Shown: piece by piece, positions 1 through 10,083 of the stretch
Layout of the letters: each line of letters opens with the position of its first letter
Numbering within the stretch: the first letter of the stretch is position 1
Origin: Phyllobacteriaceae bacterium
GTDB lineage: Bacteria; Pseudomonadota; Alphaproteobacteria; Rhizobiales; Rhizobiaceae
Reading direction: 5' to 3'
NCBI GenBank assembly: GCA_031373225.1
Contig: JANMMM010000039.1
Location: forward strand, 1 to 61,902
DNA length: 61,902 bases
Position numbers and translations under genes: made by a program
The notes under the pieces: model-generated
The model's input: the letters and a program-made list of their open reading frames with translations, nothing else
The model's database searches: none
What the model was told of the DNA's origin: nothing

Positions 1-1
1 G

Positions 2-1273
2 GCCGACTGGCTCGACGGCGTTTGGTCCGGCCTGCGCAAGGCGGACGACGAGGACGATCCGCGCCGCGGCAAAACGGCGGTGCCGCTGAAGCAGCTGAAG
101 GAGATCGGCAAGGTGCTGACCACGCTGCCGGAAGGCTTCAGCGCCCACAAGACCATCCAGCGTTTCCTGGAAGGCCGCGCCAGGATGATGGAGACCGGCG
201 AGGGCATTGACTGGGCCATGGCCGAGGCGCTGGCGTTTGGCTCGCTCTGCCTTGACGGCCACAAGATCCGGCTGTCCGGCCAGGACTGCGAGCGCGGCAC
301 ATTCTCGCAGCGCCACGCGGTGCTGTACGATCAGGAAAACGAAGACCGCCACATCCCGCTCGCCAATCTCTCGCCGGCGCAGGCGCGGTTTGAGGTCATA
401 AACTCGATGCTGTCGGAAGAGGCGGTGCTTGGGTTTGAATATGGCTACTCGCTCGCCCGGCCGAACGCCCTGACTTTGTGGGAGGCGCAGTTCGGCGATT
501 TTGCCAACGGCGCTCAGGTCCTGTTCGACCAGTTCATCTCGTCGGGCGAGCGCAAATGGCTGCGCATGTCAGGCCTCGTCTGCCTGTTGCCGCATGGCTA
601 TGAGGGGCAGGGGCCGGAGCATTCGTCGGCGCGGCTGGAGCGTTTCCTGCAAATGTGCGCCGAGGACAATATGCAGGTGGCAAACGTCACAACGCCGTCC
701 AATTACTTCCATATTCTGCGCCGCCAGCTGCGCCGCGAGTTCCGCAAGCCGCTGATCCTGATGACGCCAAAGTCGCTGCTTCGGCACAAGCGGGCGGTCT
801 CGACGCTATCGGACATATCCGGCGAATCGTCGTTCCACCGGCTGCTATGGGACGATGCGCAATACTTGAAAGACGAGCCCATCAAGCTGGTCAAGGATTC
901 GAAAATCCGCCGTGTCGTCATGTGCTCCGGCAAGGTTTATTACGACCTTTACGAGGAGCGTGAGAAGCGCGGCACGAATGATGTCTATATTCTCCGGCTG
1001 GAGCAGCTTTATCCGTTCCCGGCCAAGGCATTGATCACTGAACTGTCGCGGTTCAAAAATGCGGAAATGGTCTGGTGTCAGGAAGAGCCGAAGAATATGG
1101 GGCCTTGGTCTTTCGTGGATCCGTATCTGGAATGGGTGCTGGCCCATATCGACGCCAAGCATCAGCGTGTCCGCTACACCGGCCGTCCGGCCTCGGCTTC
1201 GACTGCGACCGGGCTGATGTCCAAGCATCTTGCACAGCTCAATGCGTTTCTTGAAGACGCGCTTGGCTCTTAG
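2..1273 (+). CDS. sucA: 2-oxoglutarate dehydrogenase E1 component, C-terminal part (5' end lies outside the window)
   Basis: The frame is open from the window edge. The translation contains OGDH E1 C-terminal sequence (EAQFGDFANGAQV, LLPHGYEGQGPEHSS). It is followed by sucB and lpdA. Confidence 0.93.
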   Translation, partial: ADWLDGVWSGLRKADDEDDPRRGKTAVPLKQLKEIGKVLTTLPEGFSAHKTIQRFLEGRARMMETGEGIDWAMAEALAFGSLCLDGHKIRLSGQDCERGTFSQRHAVLYDQENEDRHIPLANLSPAQARFEVINSMLSEEAVLGFEYGYSLARPNALTLWEAQFGDFANGAQVLFDQFISSGERKWLRMSGLVCLLPHGYEGQGPEHSSARLERFLQMCAEDNMQVANVTTPSNYFHILRRQLRREFRKPLILMTPKSLLRHKRAVSTLSDISGESSFHRLLWDDAQYLKDEPIKLVKDSKIRRVVMCSGKVYYDLYEEREKRGTNDVYILRLEQLYPFPAKALITELSRFKNAEMVWCQEEPKNMGPWSFVDPYLEWVLAHIDAKHQRVRYTGRPASASTATGLMSKHLAQLNAFLEDALGS

Positions 1274-1294
1274 GAAACCGATCAGGAAACCAAA

Positions 1295-2485
1295 ATGGCA
1301 AACGAAATCCGCGTACCGACACTTGGCGAATCCGTCTCCGAGGCGACTGTTGGCAAATGGCTGAAGAAGGCCGGCGACACGGTCAAGGCCGATGAAACGC
1401 TGCTGGAGCTTGAGACTGACAAGGTCTCCATAGAAGTTCCCTCGCCGGCTTCCGGAATCCTGTCGGAAATCACGGTAAAGGAAGGCGACACGGTTTCGCC
1501 GGGCGGACTGCTCGGAATGATCGCTGCTGGCGGCGCTGTTGCCGCACCTGCCGCCAAAGCCGCAGAACCCGCCAAGGCGGCTCCGCCCGCGGCAACAGCC
1601 ATGCCCGCCGCGCCCGCCGCCGCCAAGATGATGGCCGACAGCGGCGTCAGTGTTGACGCGGGTTCGGGAAAGCGCGGACAGGTGTTGAAGAGCGACGTGA
1701 TCGAGGTCATCGCCAAGGGTCCGGCAGCGCCAGCCGCCGCCGCAGTTCCAGCCGCGCCTCGCACCGCTTCCGCCCCAACCGACGCCGCCCGCGAGGAGCG
1801 GGTGCGCATGTCGAAGCTGCGCCAGACCATCGCCCGCCGCCTGAAGGAGGCGCAGACAATCGCCGCCATGCTGACCACCTTCAACGAAGTGGACATGAGC
1901 GCGGTGATGGATTTGCGCAACCGCTACAAGGATCTGTTTGAGAAGAAACACGGCGTCAAACTCGGCTTCATGGGCTTCTTCACCAAGGCTGTGACATACG
2001 CCTTGCGCGAAATCCCGGCGGTCAACGCCGAGATCGACGGCACGGACATTATCTACAAAAACTTCGCCCATGTCGGCGTCGCCGTCGGCACAGACAAGGG
2101 GCTTGTCGTGCCTGTCGTGCGCGATGCGGACAAGATGACGATCGCCGAAATCGAAAAGGACATTGGCCGTCTCGGCAAAATGGCGCGCGACGGACAGCTG
2201 CAATTGTCCGACATGCAGGGCGGCACGTTCACCATCTCCAATGGCGGCGTCTATGGCTCGCTGATGTCAACGCCGATCTTGAATGCGCCGCAGTCCGGCA
2301 TTCTGGGCATGCACAAAATTCAGGAGCGGCCGGTTGTTGTCGGCGGGCAGATTGTCATCCGGCCGATGATGTATCTGGCGCTGAGCTATGACCACCGTAT
2401 TGTCGATGGCAAGGAGGCGGTGACGTTTCTTGTACGGGTCAAGGAAAGCCTCGAGGATCCCGAGCGGCTGGTGCTGGACTTGTGA
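1295..2485 (+). CDS. sucB: dihydrolipoyllysine-residue succinyltransferase (E2 of the 2-oxoglutarate dehydrogenase complex)
   Basis: It has a lipoyl attachment motif ([10 protein letters not shown]), Ala/Pro-rich linkers and the catalytic DHRIVDG motif. It sits in sucA-sucB-lpdA synteny. Confidence 0.95.
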   Translation: MANEIRVPTLGESVSEATVGKWLKKAGDTVKADETLLELETDKVSIEVPSPASGILSEITVKEGDTVSPGGLLGMIAAGGAVAAPAAKAAEPAKAAPPAATAMPAAPAAAKMMADSGVSVDAGSGKRGQVLKSDVIEVIAKGPAAPAAAAVPAAPRTASAPTDAAREERVRMSKLRQTIARRLKEAQTIAAMLTTFNEVDMSAVMDLRNRYKDLFEKKHGVKLGFMGFFTKAVTYALREIPAVNAEIDGTDIIYKNFAHVGVAVGTDKGLVVPVVRDADKMTIAEIEKDIGRLGKMARDGQLQLSDMQGGTFTISNGGVYGSLMSTPILNAPQSGILGMHKIQERPVVVGGQIVIRPMMYLALSYDHRIVDGKEAVTFLVRVKESLEDPERLVLDL

Positions 2486-2523
2486 GGGTCTGCACATGTC
2501 TCTCAGTGGCACCGCTAAAAGCC

Positions 2524-2683
2524 GTCATTCCGGGGCCGCGCAGCGGAACCCGGAATCCAGAGGTGGCACTTTGGCGATGAGGCGCGACATACCCCGTTGG
2601 AATGGCCACAAACGACCGCGAAGCGAGAATATCTTGTGTCACAGCTCTGGATTCCGGGTTCCGCTGCGCGGCCCCGGAATGAC
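2524..2683. repeat. REP/BIME-like pair of inverted 39-nt units (2524..2562 and 2645..2683) around an 82-nt spacer
   Basis: The unit gtcattccggggccgcgcagcggaacccggaatccagag and its exact reverse complement are both present. Each unit contains an internal hairpin (attccggg / cccggaat). The same unit recurs at 22181..22344. Confidence 0.85.
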
Positions 2684-2708
2684 GGCGCATGGGGGATGCT
2701 GCCCCGGT

Positions 2709-3185
2709 ATGGTGGCGCTTTTGGTCTGCCTCTCGGTCTTCACCCCGCCCGCCCGCGCCGCCTGCCCTCAGGAGCTTGCCATCTACGAAGACAGCATCGG
2801 CCAATCCCTCGCCTTCACCCCGCCACCCGCTGAGGGCCAGGCCGCCGAGCATGCCTTCTCCATTCGCATCAACGGCCAAGAGCTGCAAGGCGTCGTCATG
2901 TGGAGCGAAAATCCGGACCGGCCGAACGGGATTGTCATGGACCGCTGCCCGGAAGGCGACGTAACGGGCGAAGAGCTTGAGACCTGCACTGTCTGGCAGG
3001 GCGTGATCTATGGCCTCACAAAAGAAGCCACCGCGCCATTCCTCGGCAAGCGGGGCTCGGACCATGCCGAAGCCTTGCTGCTGCCGGATTTTTCGCGCTC
3101 GGTCCAGGCGCACACGTTCAAGAATTCCATGCCCTCGCCGCCCAAGGCGGAGGATGTGTTTAGGATGAAGGCGTGTCAGGAATAG
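2709..3185 (+). CDS. hypothetical small exported protein (158 aa)
   Basis: An in-frame ATG at 2709 gives a signal-peptide-like N-terminus (MVALLVCLSVFTPPARAAC). The longer ORF from 2430 reads through the REP elements and is probably artefactual. I recognised no family. Confidence 0.5.
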   Translation: MVALLVCLSVFTPPARAACPQELAIYEDSIGQSLAFTPPPAEGQAAEHAFSIRINGQELQGVVMWSENPDRPNGIVMDRCPEGDVTGEELETCTVWQGVIYGLTKEATAPFLGKRGSDHAEALLLPDFSRSVQAHTFKNSMPSPPKAEDVFRMKACQE

Positions 3186-3208
3186 GCGCGAAGTGAAGGA
3201 CGAGGCTT

Positions 3209-4615
3209 ATGGCATATGATGTTGCGGTAATCGGCTCCGGCCCCGGCGGCTATGTCTGCGCGATCAAGGCGGCGCAGCTGGGGCTGAAAGTTGCGGTCGT
3301 GGAAAAGCGCGACACGTTCGGCGGCACCTGCCTCAATATTGGCTGCATTCCGTCCAAGGCGCTGCTGCATGCGTCGGAGATGTTTGAAGAGGCGGGGCAT
3401 TCGTTTGATGCGCTGGGCATTGAAATCAATGCGCCGAAGTTGAACCTCGCCAAGATGATGGCGCACAAGGATGCGGTGGTGAAGGCCAATGTCTCCGGCG
3501 TCGCCTTCCTGTTCAAAAAGAACAAGATCGACAGCTTCATCGGCACGGGAACTGTTATGGGTCAGGGCAAGGTCAAGGTGACCGCCGCAGACGGCACGGA
3601 AACGATTGTCGAGACCAAAAACATCGTCATCGCCACCGGTTCGGATGTGGCTGGGATTCCGGGCGTCGAGGTGGCATTTGACGAGAAGACCATCATCTCC
3701 TCCACTGGGGCCATCGCGCTCGACAAGGTGCCGGCCAATCTGGTGGTGGTTGGCGGCGGGGTGATCGGGCTGGAGCTTGGCTCAGTCTGGGCGCGGCTTG
3801 GCGCGAAGGTCACGGTGGTCGAATATCTCGGCGCTGTATTGGGCGGCATGGACGGCGATGTGTCGAAGCAGTTCCAGCGCATGCTGGAAAAGCAGGGCAT
3901 TGTCTTCAAGATGAACTCCAAGGTCACCGCTGTGGCCAAAGCCAAGAAGGGCGCGGGCGTGACATTTGAGCCGGTCGCGGGCGGGGCGGCGGAGACCATT
4001 GACGCTGATGTGGTTCTGGTCGCGACGGGCCGCAAGCCTTTCACAGACGGGCTGGGTCTGGTGGAGGCTGGAATTGTCATGGATAAACGCGGACGTGTGG
4101 ATGTTGACGGCCATTGGCAGACATCCGTGCCCGGCATTTTCGCCATCGGCGATGTGGTCAAAGGCCCCATGCTGGCGCACAAGGCAGAGGACGAGGGCGT
4201 CGCCGTCGCCGAGATCATGGCGGGCCAGCATGGCCATGTGAATTTCGATGTCATACCGGGCGTTGTCTACACCGCGCCGGAAGTCGCTTCCGTCGGCAAG
4301 ACCGAGGAAGAGCTGAAGGCTGCGGGCGTCAATTACAAAGCCGGCAAATTTCCCTTCACCGCCAATGGCCGCGCCCGCGCCATGCAGCACACGGACGGGT
4401 TCGTCAAAATCCTCGCCGACGCCGCCACCGACAAGGTTCTCGGTGTCCATATCATCGGCCATGCCGCAGGCGAGCTGATCCATGAATGCGCCGTGCTGAT
4501 GGAATTCGGCGGCTCGTCCGAGGACTTGGCGCGCACCTGCCATGCGCATCCGACCATGTCCGAAGCCGTGCGTGAGGCGGCGCTGGGGACGTTTGCGAAG
4601 TCGATCCATATCTGA
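3209..4615 (+). CDS. lpdA: dihydrolipoyl dehydrogenase (E3)
   Basis: It has an FAD-binding motif (GSGPGGY), a redox disulfide motif (GGTCLNIGCIPSK) and a C-terminal HAHPT motif. It lies downstream of sucAB. Confidence 0.95.
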   Translation: MAYDVAVIGSGPGGYVCAIKAAQLGLKVAVVEKRDTFGGTCLNIGCIPSKALLHASEMFEEAGHSFDALGIEINAPKLNLAKMMAHKDAVVKANVSGVAFLFKKNKIDSFIGTGTVMGQGKVKVTAADGTETIVETKNIVIATGSDVAGIPGVEVAFDEKTIISSTGAIALDKVPANLVVVGGGVIGLELGSVWARLGAKVTVVEYLGAVLGGMDGDVSKQFQRMLEKQGIVFKMNSKVTAVAKAKKGAGVTFEPVAGGAAETIDADVVLVATGRKPFTDGLGLVEAGIVMDKRGRVDVDGHWQTSVPGIFAIGDVVKGPMLAHKAEDEGVAVAEIMAGQHGHVNFDVIPGVVYTAPEVASVGKTEEELKAAGVNYKAGKFPFTANGRARAMQHTDGFVKILADAATDKVLGVHIIGHAAGELIHECAVLMEFGGSSEDLARTCHAHPTMSEAVREAALGTFAKSIHI

Positions 4616-5064
4616 TGGAGCGCGGCTTCAAAGTGCAGGGCTTGGGCGAGATCGCCATCCGCTGCCTGGACTTTGACGCCATGTGCGCTTTCTATCGCGA
4701 TGTCATCGGTCTTGAGGTGATGAATCTGATGCCGGAGCGCGGCATCGCGTTTTTTCGCATTTCTGATGGCGTAGCCGGACACACGAATGTGCTTGCCCTG
4801 TTCCGCGATGGCGCCGGAACGCGCGACGCGGCGGCGGACGCTTCAAAGCCGCCGCTTGCGGGGCCGCAGTCGTCGCTGCACCACATTGCGCTCAGCTTGC
4901 CATTTGAGGAGCAGGATTCCGTCATGCAATGGTATGAGAGAAAGGGCCTGTCATACACTATTGAGATTTTCGGCTGGGTTGGCTGGCGCGGCGTTTTCGC
5001 GCAGGACCCCGATGGGAACAAAGTGGAGCTGGTGGCGTTCAGCGAAGACTTGAAGGCCAGATGA
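4615..5064 (+). CDS. VOC (glyoxalase/bleomycin resistance/dioxygenase) family protein
   Basis: This is a 149-aa ORF whose ATG overlaps the lpdA stop. It has VOC-like sequence (HIALS, DPDGNKVEL). Confidence 0.6.
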   Translation: MERGFKVQGLGEIAIRCLDFDAMCAFYRDVIGLEVMNLMPERGIAFFRISDGVAGHTNVLALFRDGAGTRDAAADASKPPLAGPQSSLHHIALSLPFEEQDSVMQWYERKGLSYTIEIFGWVGWRGVFAQDPDGNKVELVAFSEDLKAR

Positions 5065-5079
5065 GCGGCAACACGCCAC

Positions 5080-5580
5080 ATGGCGCGGATCTCATCCGTG
5101 TCGGAAACTGCCTGTATTGGAGTATCCGCCATGATACCGGAACAAGTTCTCGCCGGCGCGCAGTTTTCAGATTCTTTCGCCGTTTCCATAACCGGCTCAT
5201 CGCTGGACGCCGTGACCGCGACGCAGCGCGTCGTTCACCGGATTCCAGCGTGGATTTCAGGGCTGAGGCGGCTGCGAAATCTGATTGTCGCGCCGCTGGG
5301 GCTTAAGACCGCGCTGGACAAAAGTATCGGCCCGGACAGGCGCATCGGCACATTTCCGCTTGTGTCCAAATCGCCGCAGCGCGTTGTGGTCGGGCTGGAC
5401 GATAAGCATCTGGATTTCCGTGTGGTAGTGGATGTGGTCAATTTCGAAGACGGACACCAGATGGTGACGGCCACAACCTTTGTGAAAACCCACAATGCGT
5501 TTGGAAGGTTTTATCTCGCCGTGGTGAAACCCTTTCACCGGATCATCGTCCCGGCCATGCTGGCAAAGGTCGGCGGATAG
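5080..5580 (+). CDS. hypothetical protein, possibly DUF2867-like
   Basis: The ORF encodes 166 aa, and the true start may be the internal MIPEQ. The pattern SDSF...LRRLRNLIVAPLGLK resembles DUF2867 proteins, but this is from memory only. Confidence 0.45.
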   Translation: MARISSVSETACIGVSAMIPEQVLAGAQFSDSFAVSITGSSLDAVTATQRVVHRIPAWISGLRRLRNLIVAPLGLKTALDKSIGPDRRIGTFPLVSKSPQRVVVGLDDKHLDFRVVVDVVNFEDGHQMVTATTFVKTHNAFGRFYLAVVKPFHRIIVPAMLAKVGG

Positions 5581-6663
5581 TTATTTCGCCAGCGCCGTCA
5601 GCGTATAGCCCGCCTTGCGGAACAGCTCGACCAAGCCCTTGTCTCCCGGCAAATGCAGCGCGCCGACGGCGATAAAGGCTTTTCCTTCAGCGAGGATTTT
5701 CGCGACCCGCTCTGACATGATTTTGTTACGGGCTTTGACCATGACTTCCTCAAAGTCGCCATAGCTTTTCTCATCCATGCTCGACATGCCCTCCGCCGAC
5801 AGGCTTTTGAGGAAGGGCATGATCAGCCCGGCGCGGCCTTCGGCGTAGAGCGCGATCATGGTTTCCATCACATCGTCCATCTTGGCGCCGAGCGCCACGG
5901 TTTCAATGAGGCTCTGCATTTGCAGGTCCATCGGCACAGAATTCATGGCGTTGAGCTGCTCGGCGATGGTCTCCAGCCCGTCGATCTTCTTGCCCGCCGC
6001 TTCCGCGTCACGCGCCAGCTTGATGTCGAGAAACGGCGCGCCGGCCTTTTTGCGCTGCTGTTCGCAGGCGGGCAGCACAATCATCGCCGAAATCATCCAG
6101 GGCCGCATTTTGTTGACGGTCACTAGCGGAATGCCGCGCGCGGTCAGGCCCTTGTTGAGTTTTTCGGCCTCGTCCTTGCTGAGCAGCGAGGTCAGCGTCG
6201 TCTGATCAGTGAACATGATCATGCCGGGCTGCGACAGCATGGTCATGGCCGCCCTTTTCTCGTCGAGAATGTCCGTCGATTCGATAACTACGGCGTCCGC
6301 GCTGTCAAATGCCGTCTTGGCTTCCGGCGTCAGGTCAATGACGCGCGGATCGGTCATGTGCATGGTGCCGAACAGATATGACGGCTTCAGGCCGGATTTT
6401 TCAATCTTCCACAGCCGCGCCCCGCTGTTGGGCGTTGCGGCGGCTTCCGTCTCCAGTCTGGCGTAAGCGGCGGGATCGTTTTTCTGCATCGCGGCTACGA
6501 GGTTTTCGCCGGTGCAGACAATCTCCTGCGCGTCCGCCCTGGACGAGGCCAGCAGCAGCACCGCGAGGAAACTGGCGAAGAACAGCAAATTGACCAGCGC
6601 CATGAGGCGAAGTGCAGATTCGGGGCGGCGGATGAGGTTGAGCATGCCAAAAATTGAGATCAT
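5581..6663 (-). CDS. TraB/GumN family protein (exported)
   Basis: It has an N-terminal hydrophobic signal, a GTMH motif (YLFGTMHMTDPRV) and a C-terminal AVGALHLPG motif typical of TraB/GumN. The start codon is uncertain. Confidence 0.75.
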   Translation of the reverse strand: MISIFGMLNLIRRPESALRLMALVNLLFFASFLAVLLLASSRADAQEIVCTGENLVAAMQKNDPAAYARLETEAAATPNSGARLWKIEKSGLKPSYLFGTMHMTDPRVIDLTPEAKTAFDSADAVVIESTDILDEKRAAMTMLSQPGMIMFTDQTTLTSLLSKDEAEKLNKGLTARGIPLVTVNKMRPWMISAMIVLPACEQQRKKAGAPFLDIKLARDAEAAGKKIDGLETIAEQLNAMNSVPMDLQMQSLIETVALGAKMDDVMETMIALYAEGRAGLIMPFLKSLSAEGMSSMDEKSYGDFEEVMVKARNKIMSERVAKILAEGKAFIAVGALHLPGDKGLVELFRKAGYTLTALAK

Positions 6664-6722
6664 CCGGACATTTTACCGCGCAAAGTGACGAGAAAGCGTT
6701 AATGCCGCCCGCGCAATTTGCC

Positions 6723-7415
6723 TCAGTAGGTCGCCCTGCCACCGGAAAGATCAAACACAGCCCCGGTGGAGAAAGAGCATTCCTCGCTCGCCAGCCAGCA
6801 GACGAGGCTGGCAATCTCGTCCAGCCTGCCGGTGCGGCCCATCGGGATTTTTGAAAGCATGAAGTCAATATGGCTCTGCGGCACTTGGTCAAGAATGGGC
6901 GTGCGGATCACAGCCGGGGTGACGCAATTGACAGTGACGCCTGTTTTCGCCAGCTCTTTGCCGAGCGATTTGGTGAGGCCGATGACGCCCGCCTTTGAGG
7001 CGGAATAGGCCGAGGCGTTCGGATTGCCCTCCTTGCCGGCGATGGAGGCGATGTTGACGATGCGGCCAAAATTCTGCGCCGACATCAGCGGCGCGACGGC
7101 GCGGCATGTGTGGAATGTGCCTGTGAGGTTGATGTCCAGAACCCGCTGCCACTCTTCGATTGGGTATTCGGCGAGCGGCACGGTTGGCCCGGCAATGCCC
7201 GCACAATTGACGAGTATATCCACACCGCCAATGGCGCTCAATGTTTGCTTCAGTGCGTTCTCTACGGAGGCGTAGTCGGATACGTCCGTCTTCAGGCCGC
7301 CATTCACATCCCAGACCGCCACCTCTCCGCCCTCGGCTGTGATCCGCGCCGCAATAGCTGCGCCAATGCCTGAAGCTCCGCCCGTTATTACCGCCCTCCT
7401 GCTCGTGAAACGCAT
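6723..7415 (-). CDS. SDR family oxidoreductase
   Basis: It has a Rossmann motif (TGGASGIGAAIA), an NCAGI motif and the catalytic YSASK motif. The start is set at ATG 7415 (MRFTSRRAVITGG). Confidence 0.85.
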   Translation of the reverse strand: MRFTSRRAVITGGASGIGAAIAARITAEGGEVAVWDVNGGLKTDVSDYASVENALKQTLSAIGGVDILVNCAGIAGPTVPLAEYPIEEWQRVLDINLTGTFHTCRAVAPLMSAQNFGRIVNIASIAGKEGNPNASAYSASKAGVIGLTKSLGKELAKTGVTVNCVTPAVIRTPILDQVPQSHIDFMLSKIPMGRTGRLDEIASLVCWLASEECSFSTGAVFDLSGGRATY

Positions 7416-7710
7416 GGGTAAATCATCTTTTCTGGCACTGCTTTGCAAAGGAATATGACGCCACGCCCGCCAAAAATTCAAGCTTTGTGATTGATTCGGT
7501 TTCTAGTTCAGGCAAGTTGGTAAGAGTCGGAGAACGGCGTCAAAGGCCATTGTTTCACGCCGTCGCCCTCTTTAGGTGCGAAGAAGTGAGCAAAGTCAAG
7601 AACGCGCAACGCTGAAGCGCCAATTGACTTCGGTCGGGCATGAGTTGATTTCCGGTTGCGCTTTTTGGTTTGCCTGCCGAAAAAGTGCCCGTTGCAAAAC
7701 CGGGGTTGAG

Positions 7711-8883
7711 ATGGAATTCACGCACGTCTTATCGCTTGCAGTTGGCCTAGCCATTGGGTCAGGCGCCGCGCATTTTCTCGCGCGGCGGAAGAAAGCCGAC
7801 GAGAGGGGCCCCGACAGCGGTGGAGTGGGGGACAGCCAACATCCTTTGGCGCTTGGTTTGGCCGAATCGAGCCCCGTTCCTTCGATACTGATTAACAGCA
7901 AAGGCCATATTCAATATTCCAACCCTGCGGCGGTCAAGACATTTGGACAGCTAAGCGAGGGCATGCTGCTCTCTTTGAGGTTCCGTGTGCCCGAACTGCG
8001 CGCCGCAATTGAAGCCGCCGTTGTTCAGGGCCGAGACACGAGTTTCGAATTAGCTGAGCGGCAACCGGTTGAGCGGTGGTTTCTGGTGGATGTCTGTCAT
8101 GCGGGCTCCTCGGCTAGCAATTCCTATCTTGCCCTCTACTTCCGCGACCAGAGCGACGCGCGCAAACTGGACCGGATGCGCTCGGACTTTGTCGCCAATG
8201 CCAGCCATGAGCTGCGCACTCCGCTGGCGTCGATGACAGGGTTCATAGAGACGCTCAAAGGTCCGGCGCGCAATGATGTCGCGGCGCGGGAGAAATTTCT
8301 GGATATTATGCAGCATCAGGCCGGGCGCATGGCCCGGCTGATTGATGACCTACTGTCGCTGTCACGGCTTGAAATGCGGCCAGTGCTCGCTTACGGTCAG
8401 ACTGTCGATATGCAATTGACAGTCGATCATGTGCTCGACGCCTTGCGGCCGCTGTCAACCGAGCTTGGCGTCACTGTCGAAAGAAATTTCTCCGATGGCC
8501 CCTTTTTGGTTGGGGGAGCGCGGGACGAGCTTATTCAAGTCATCGAAAATCTCGTGGAGAACTCCTGCAAATATGGGCAGCTGGGCAAGAAAGTTGTCGT
8601 CAGCCTTTCGGCGTCCGTAGGCGAGGTGAGACTCTCCGTCCGCGATTTCGGGCCTGGCATCGCCGCCGAGCACATTCCCCGCTTGACTGAGAGGTTTTAC
8701 CGGGTCGACGCCGGCGCCTCCCGCGCCCAGAAGGGCACCGGCCTTGGCCTTGCCATCGTCAAGCATATTCTGAACCGCCATCAAGCCCGGCTGACGGTTA
8801 TTTCTGCGATCGGCGAGGGAGCCGAGTTTGTCGTGAGCTTTCCGGTGCCCGGGTCTGTTGAAAAGCAGCAGGTGTCCGCATGA
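7711..8883 (+). CDS. phoR: phosphate regulon sensor histidine kinase
   Basis: It has a TM segment, a PAS-like region, an H-box (FVANASHELRTPL) and HATPase N/G boxes. It is adjacent to pstSCAB-phoU-phoB. The start is set at the internal ATG 7711; the longest ORF begins at 7576. Confidence 0.85.
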   Translation: MEFTHVLSLAVGLAIGSGAAHFLARRKKADERGPDSGGVGDSQHPLALGLAESSPVPSILINSKGHIQYSNPAAVKTFGQLSEGMLLSLRFRVPELRAAIEAAVVQGRDTSFELAERQPVERWFLVDVCHAGSSASNSYLALYFRDQSDARKLDRMRSDFVANASHELRTPLASMTGFIETLKGPARNDVAAREKFLDIMQHQAGRMARLIDDLLSLSRLEMRPVLAYGQTVDMQLTVDHVLDALRPLSTELGVTVERNFSDGPFLVGGARDELIQVIENLVENSCKYGQLGKKVVVSLSASVGEVRLSVRDFGPGIAAEHIPRLTERFYRVDAGASRAQKGTGLGLAIVKHILNRHQARLTVISAIGEGAEFVVSFPVPGSVEKQQVSA

Positions 8884-8908
8884 ACTGCAATTAAATTAGA
8901 TACTTAGG

Positions 8909-8937
8909 CCGTCACAATTTTGTAGCGCAATTGTCAT
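8909..8937 (+). promoter_or_regulatory. putative Pho box (three 7-nt direct repeats with 11-nt periodicity) upstream of pstS
   Basis: The repeats are ccGTCAC (8909), tTGTAGC (8920) and tTGTCAT (8931), separated by AT-rich 4-mers, about 90 nt upstream of the pstS ATG. They resemble the CTGTCAT-N4-CTGTCAT PhoB site architecture. Confidence 0.45.
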
Positions 8938-9023
8938 AAAAGTAGAGTCTGAACCCGTTAGAACCTGCGGCAGATCAGCCGTCCGGGCTGATCGCAACAT
9001 TACATTTCGCTCGGAGCAGACCG

Positions 9024-10073
9024 ATGAAACTTTTGAAAATCACCATGACGGGCATGTTGGCCGCATCAGCTTTTGTGTCGGCAGCACATGCCGCCCGCGA
9101 CCAGATCCGCATCGTCGGCTCGTCCACAGTTTATCCGTTCACCACAGCAGTTGCCGAAGAGTTCGGCAAATCCTCCGGCATGAAGACGCCGGTCGTCGAA
9201 TCCACCGGCACCGGTGGCGGCATGAAATTGTTCTGCGCGGGCGTCGGCGAAGAGCATCCTGATTTCACAAACGCCTCGCGCCAAATCAAAAAGAGCGAGT
9301 TTGAAGACTGCGCGAAGAATGGCGTGACCGATATTGTTGAGATCAAGGTCGGCTTTGACGGCCTGTCGCTTGCACAGTCCAAGGACGCCGGCGGCTTTGC
9401 GCAGACCAAGCAGCAGGTTTTCCAGGCGCTGGCCAAGGAAGTTCCCGGCGCGGACGGCAAGCTTGTCGCCAACCCTTATAAGACTTGGGCCGACATTGAC
9501 CCGTCCCTGCCTGCCACCAAGATCGAAGTTCTCGGACCGCCGCCGACATCCGGCACCCGCGATTCGTTTGTCGAGCTGGTGATGGAAGTTGGCGCGGCCA
9601 AGTTCGAAACGCTCGCCGCCCTGAAAAAGGACGACGCCAAGGCGTTTGAAAAGGTCTGGAAGTCGATCCGCGAGGACGGCGCCTATGTGGAAGCTGGCGA
9701 GAATGACAATCTCATCGTGCAGAAGCTCGAAGCCAACAAGGATGCGGTCGGCATTTTCGGCTTCTCCTTCCTCGAAGAGAATGCCTCGATGATCAAGGGC
9801 CTCACGATGGACGGCGTTGCCCCGTCTTACGAGACCATCGCTTCAGGCGACTACAAAGTCTCCCGTCCGCTCTATGTGTACGCCAAGAAGGCGCATGTCG
9901 GCGTCATTCCGGGTATGGCCGAGTTTGTCGCCGAATATGTCTCCGACAAGGCCATCGGTGAAGACGGTTATCTGTCGGACAAGGGCCTGATCACGCTTCC
10001 TGGCGAAGACGCCAAGATGACCGCCGCTTCTGCTGTGGCGATGGAAGTCCTGAAGGGCGACGCGTTGAAGTAA
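9024..10073 (+). CDS. pstS: phosphate ABC transporter substrate-binding protein
   Basis: It has a signal peptide and a PBP-like motif (RIVGSSTVYPF). It is the first gene of the pstSCAB cluster. Confidence 0.9.
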   Translation: MKLLKITMTGMLAASAFVSAAHAARDQIRIVGSSTVYPFTTAVAEEFGKSSGMKTPVVESTGTGGGMKLFCAGVGEEHPDFTNASRQIKKSEFEDCAKNGVTDIVEIKVGFDGLSLAQSKDAGGFAQTKQQVFQALAKEVPGADGKLVANPYKTWADIDPSLPATKIEVLGPPPTSGTRDSFVELVMEVGAAKFETLAALKKDDAKAFEKVWKSIREDGAYVEAGENDNLIVQKLEANKDAVGIFGFSFLEENASMIKGLTMDGVAPSYETIASGDYKVSRPLYVYAKKAHVGVIPGMAEFVAEYVSDKAIGEDGYLSDKGLITLPGEDAKMTAASAVAMEVLKGDALK

Positions 10074-10083
10074 GCCGCCTTTC

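Noticed and set aside
845-2203. A 452-aa ORF antisense to sucA/sucB. Similar long antisense or off-frame ORFs occur at 15145..15990, 20874..21620, 22350..23723, 29950..30711, 34621..35388, 34958..35719, 42105..43235, 44121..45140, 50521..51360 and 55156..56121.
   Set aside because: Each lies opposite, or out of frame with, a confidently recognised conserved gene. Their translations are Arg/Ala/Gly/Pro-rich with no motifs. This is the typical pattern of shadow ORFs in ~62% GC DNA.
2430-2708. The N-terminal extension of the 251-aa ORF (2430..3185), which starts inside the sucB 3' end.
   Set aside because: The extension overlaps the sucB 3' end and then reads straight through both arms of the REP-like inverted repeat. 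The same repeat-derived peptides appear at the second locus. An internal ATG at 2709 gives a sensible signal peptide.
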